DNA from: Mobula birostris
Taxonomy: Eukaryota
Length of the DNA: 64,000 nt
Reading direction: 5' to 3'
NCBI RefSeq assembly: GCF_030028105.1
Contig: NC_092401.1
Span: 29,626,399-29,690,398 of the forward strand
The notes under the pieces were generated by a model that saw only the letters and a program-made list of their open reading frames with translations, was not told the origin of the DNA and searched no databases. Each line of letters starts with the position of its first letter. Positions within the stretch are counted from its first letter, which is position 1. A program made the translations under genes and the position numbers. This document shows positions 62,097-64,000 of this stretch, piece after piece.

Positions 62097-62910
62097 ACAG
62101 GAGCGAGATATGCCATCTTGTGGAGTGGTGTCGCAGCAACAACCTGGCACTCAAAGGCAGTAAGACAAACGAGCTGATTGTGGACTTCAGAAGGGTAAGG
62201 CGAAGGAACACATACCAATCCTCACAGAGGGATCAGAAGTGGAGAAAGTGAGCAGTTTTAAGTTCCTGGGTGTCAAGATCTCTGAGGATCTAACCTGGTT
62301 TCAACATATCGATGCAGTTATAAAGAAGGCAAGACAGCGGCTATATTTCATTAGGAGTTTGAAGAGATTTGGTATGTCAACAAATACACTCAAAAACTTC
62401 TATAGACATACTGTGGGGAGCATTCTGACAGGCTGCATCACTGTCTGGTATGGTGGGGGGCTACTGGACAGGACTAAAAGAAGCTGCAGATGGTTGTAGC
62501 CATCTTGGGTACTAGCCTACAAATTCCCAGGACATCTTTAAGGAATGGTGTCTCAGAAAGGCAGCATCCATTAAGGACCTCCAGCACCCAGGGCATGCCA
62601 TTTTCTCAATGTTACCATCAGGTAGGAGGTATAGAAGCCTGAAGGCACACACTCAGTGATTCAAGAACAGCTTCTTCCCCTCTGCCATCTGATCCCTAAA
62701 TGGACATTGAACCCCTTGAACACCACCTCACTTTTTTAATATATATTATTTCTGTTTTTTGTAGGATTTTTAATCTATTCAATATACTGTAATTGATTTA
62801 CTTATTTATTAGTATTTTTTTCTTCTAGATTATGCATTGCATTGAACTGCTGCTGCTAAGTTAACAAATTTCACGATACATGCCGATGATAATAAATCTG
62901 ATTTTGATTC
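62097..62910 (+). mobile_element. Rex-Babar-like non-LTR 3' fragment nested in a hammerhead-family tail
   Basis: EKVSSFKFLGVKISEDLTW..KKARQRLYFIRSLKRFG. The host is split as ctgctgagttc|...|cagcattttgtgtgtg. Confidence 0.87.
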
Positions 62911-64000
62911 CAGCATTTTGTGTGTGGTATTTGTCATGTAGTTTAGCAAAGAATCATCTTAGTGATGGTTTGTCATTGGGATCAGATTAAATCAACTAGT
63001 TCTGTAGTCTTCGTGTTCAGATGGACAAGATCTCAGTGAAACCGAAATGTTCAACAGAGTGAATGTGGGGAGAATGCTTCCCTTGGCCATGGGATTTAAA
63101 ATCAGCAATCACAGTTTCAGAATAAGGGATGGTGAGAAATTTTGTCACTTAGGGGTGGTGAATTTTTGCTATTCTGTACTTGGAAGTTTTAGAGGTTCTG
63201 TCATTGTTCATTCAAAATCAATTACTTTGGTGTTAAGGAATGTGGGGATTGTGCAAGAATTAAGGTTGATTAACTATGATCTTGATGATCTACTCTTACA
63301 CCTAATTATTATGTTCTTGGAGGTTCTGAATCACCATTCAAATGAAAATCAAAACTTAATCTTCCAATAGATTTTAATGTCACAAACAGGTTGAAGGCAT
63401 TTGTAATGGCTTTCTTATTTTAAAAAAAAACTGAAGAAAAAGCAAATACTGGATATCTGAAATGAAAATGAAATGGAGGAAATGTCTGTGAGCTGTCTGT
63501 CAGCGTCTGTGGAAAGGAAATATTTTCAAGTTCAATAATCCTTCAGTGACCTCACTTGTTAAATCAATTTTTCTCTCTGAGGTGTTGCCTGATCTGAATA
63601 TTTCTGTCATTCTTCTTGTCTTCATTAACATTCTTAAAAGCAGATAGGTATTGATGGAATATTTCCATTAGAATTTTAAATTGATTGTTACTGTGGTGTA
63701 GTAGAAATTGACTGTGTCAGAAATAATAATTGCATTTGCCACTTACATGAGAATTTAGCTGAGGTACTATTAGTTTTTGAAGCCTTTACAATGACTACTT
63801 CTAAGCCAAGCACAAGGTTAAGGAAAATACAAGCTTAAGTAATCTGTTGACAGTTATGTCTAGCTCTTTTCTTCCCTGACCATTTTTGCAGAACATTTTC
63901 TTGAGTATAGGACATTGATCCTTCTCGTAGAATAAATTGTGTGAATTGGGAGTGATTGAGAGCAACAATGACTTAAATCTTGCCATAATATCACCTTTGT

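Overview
Vertebrate genomic DNA, very probably from a cartilaginous fish (ray or shark). This is inferred from the repeat content: V-SINE/HE1-like SINEs, dense CR1 LINEs and (CA)n-tailed short repeats. Three spliced genes can be read directly. (1) A complete 3-exon RNF11-like RING-H2 gene on + (19320-19478, 31087-31256, 34644-34815; 166 aa) behind a CpG-island promoter. (2) A complete 3-exon TRIR/C19orf43 gene on - (59253-58966, 51864-51787, 50582-50475; 157 aa). (3) The first coding exon of GET3/ASNA1 on + (59641-59780), head-to-head with TRIR across 387 bp. The rest is mostly nested transposon debris: CR1 and Rex-Babar-like LINEs, Tc1 and Tigger DNA transposons, a Gypsy gag-protease relic and a solo LTR. 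Two observations stand out. First, a dispersed short repeat whose consensus folds into a minimal type I hammerhead ribozyme (CAGUC-CUGANGA-A-stem II-GAAAC-GUC-GACUG); several copies begin exactly at the ribozyme. Second, the RNF11-like protein lacks the PPxY WW-binding motif and lies next to TRIR-GET3, suggesting a divergent paralog. Repeat boundaries are approximate and were judged by eye; no searches were run.
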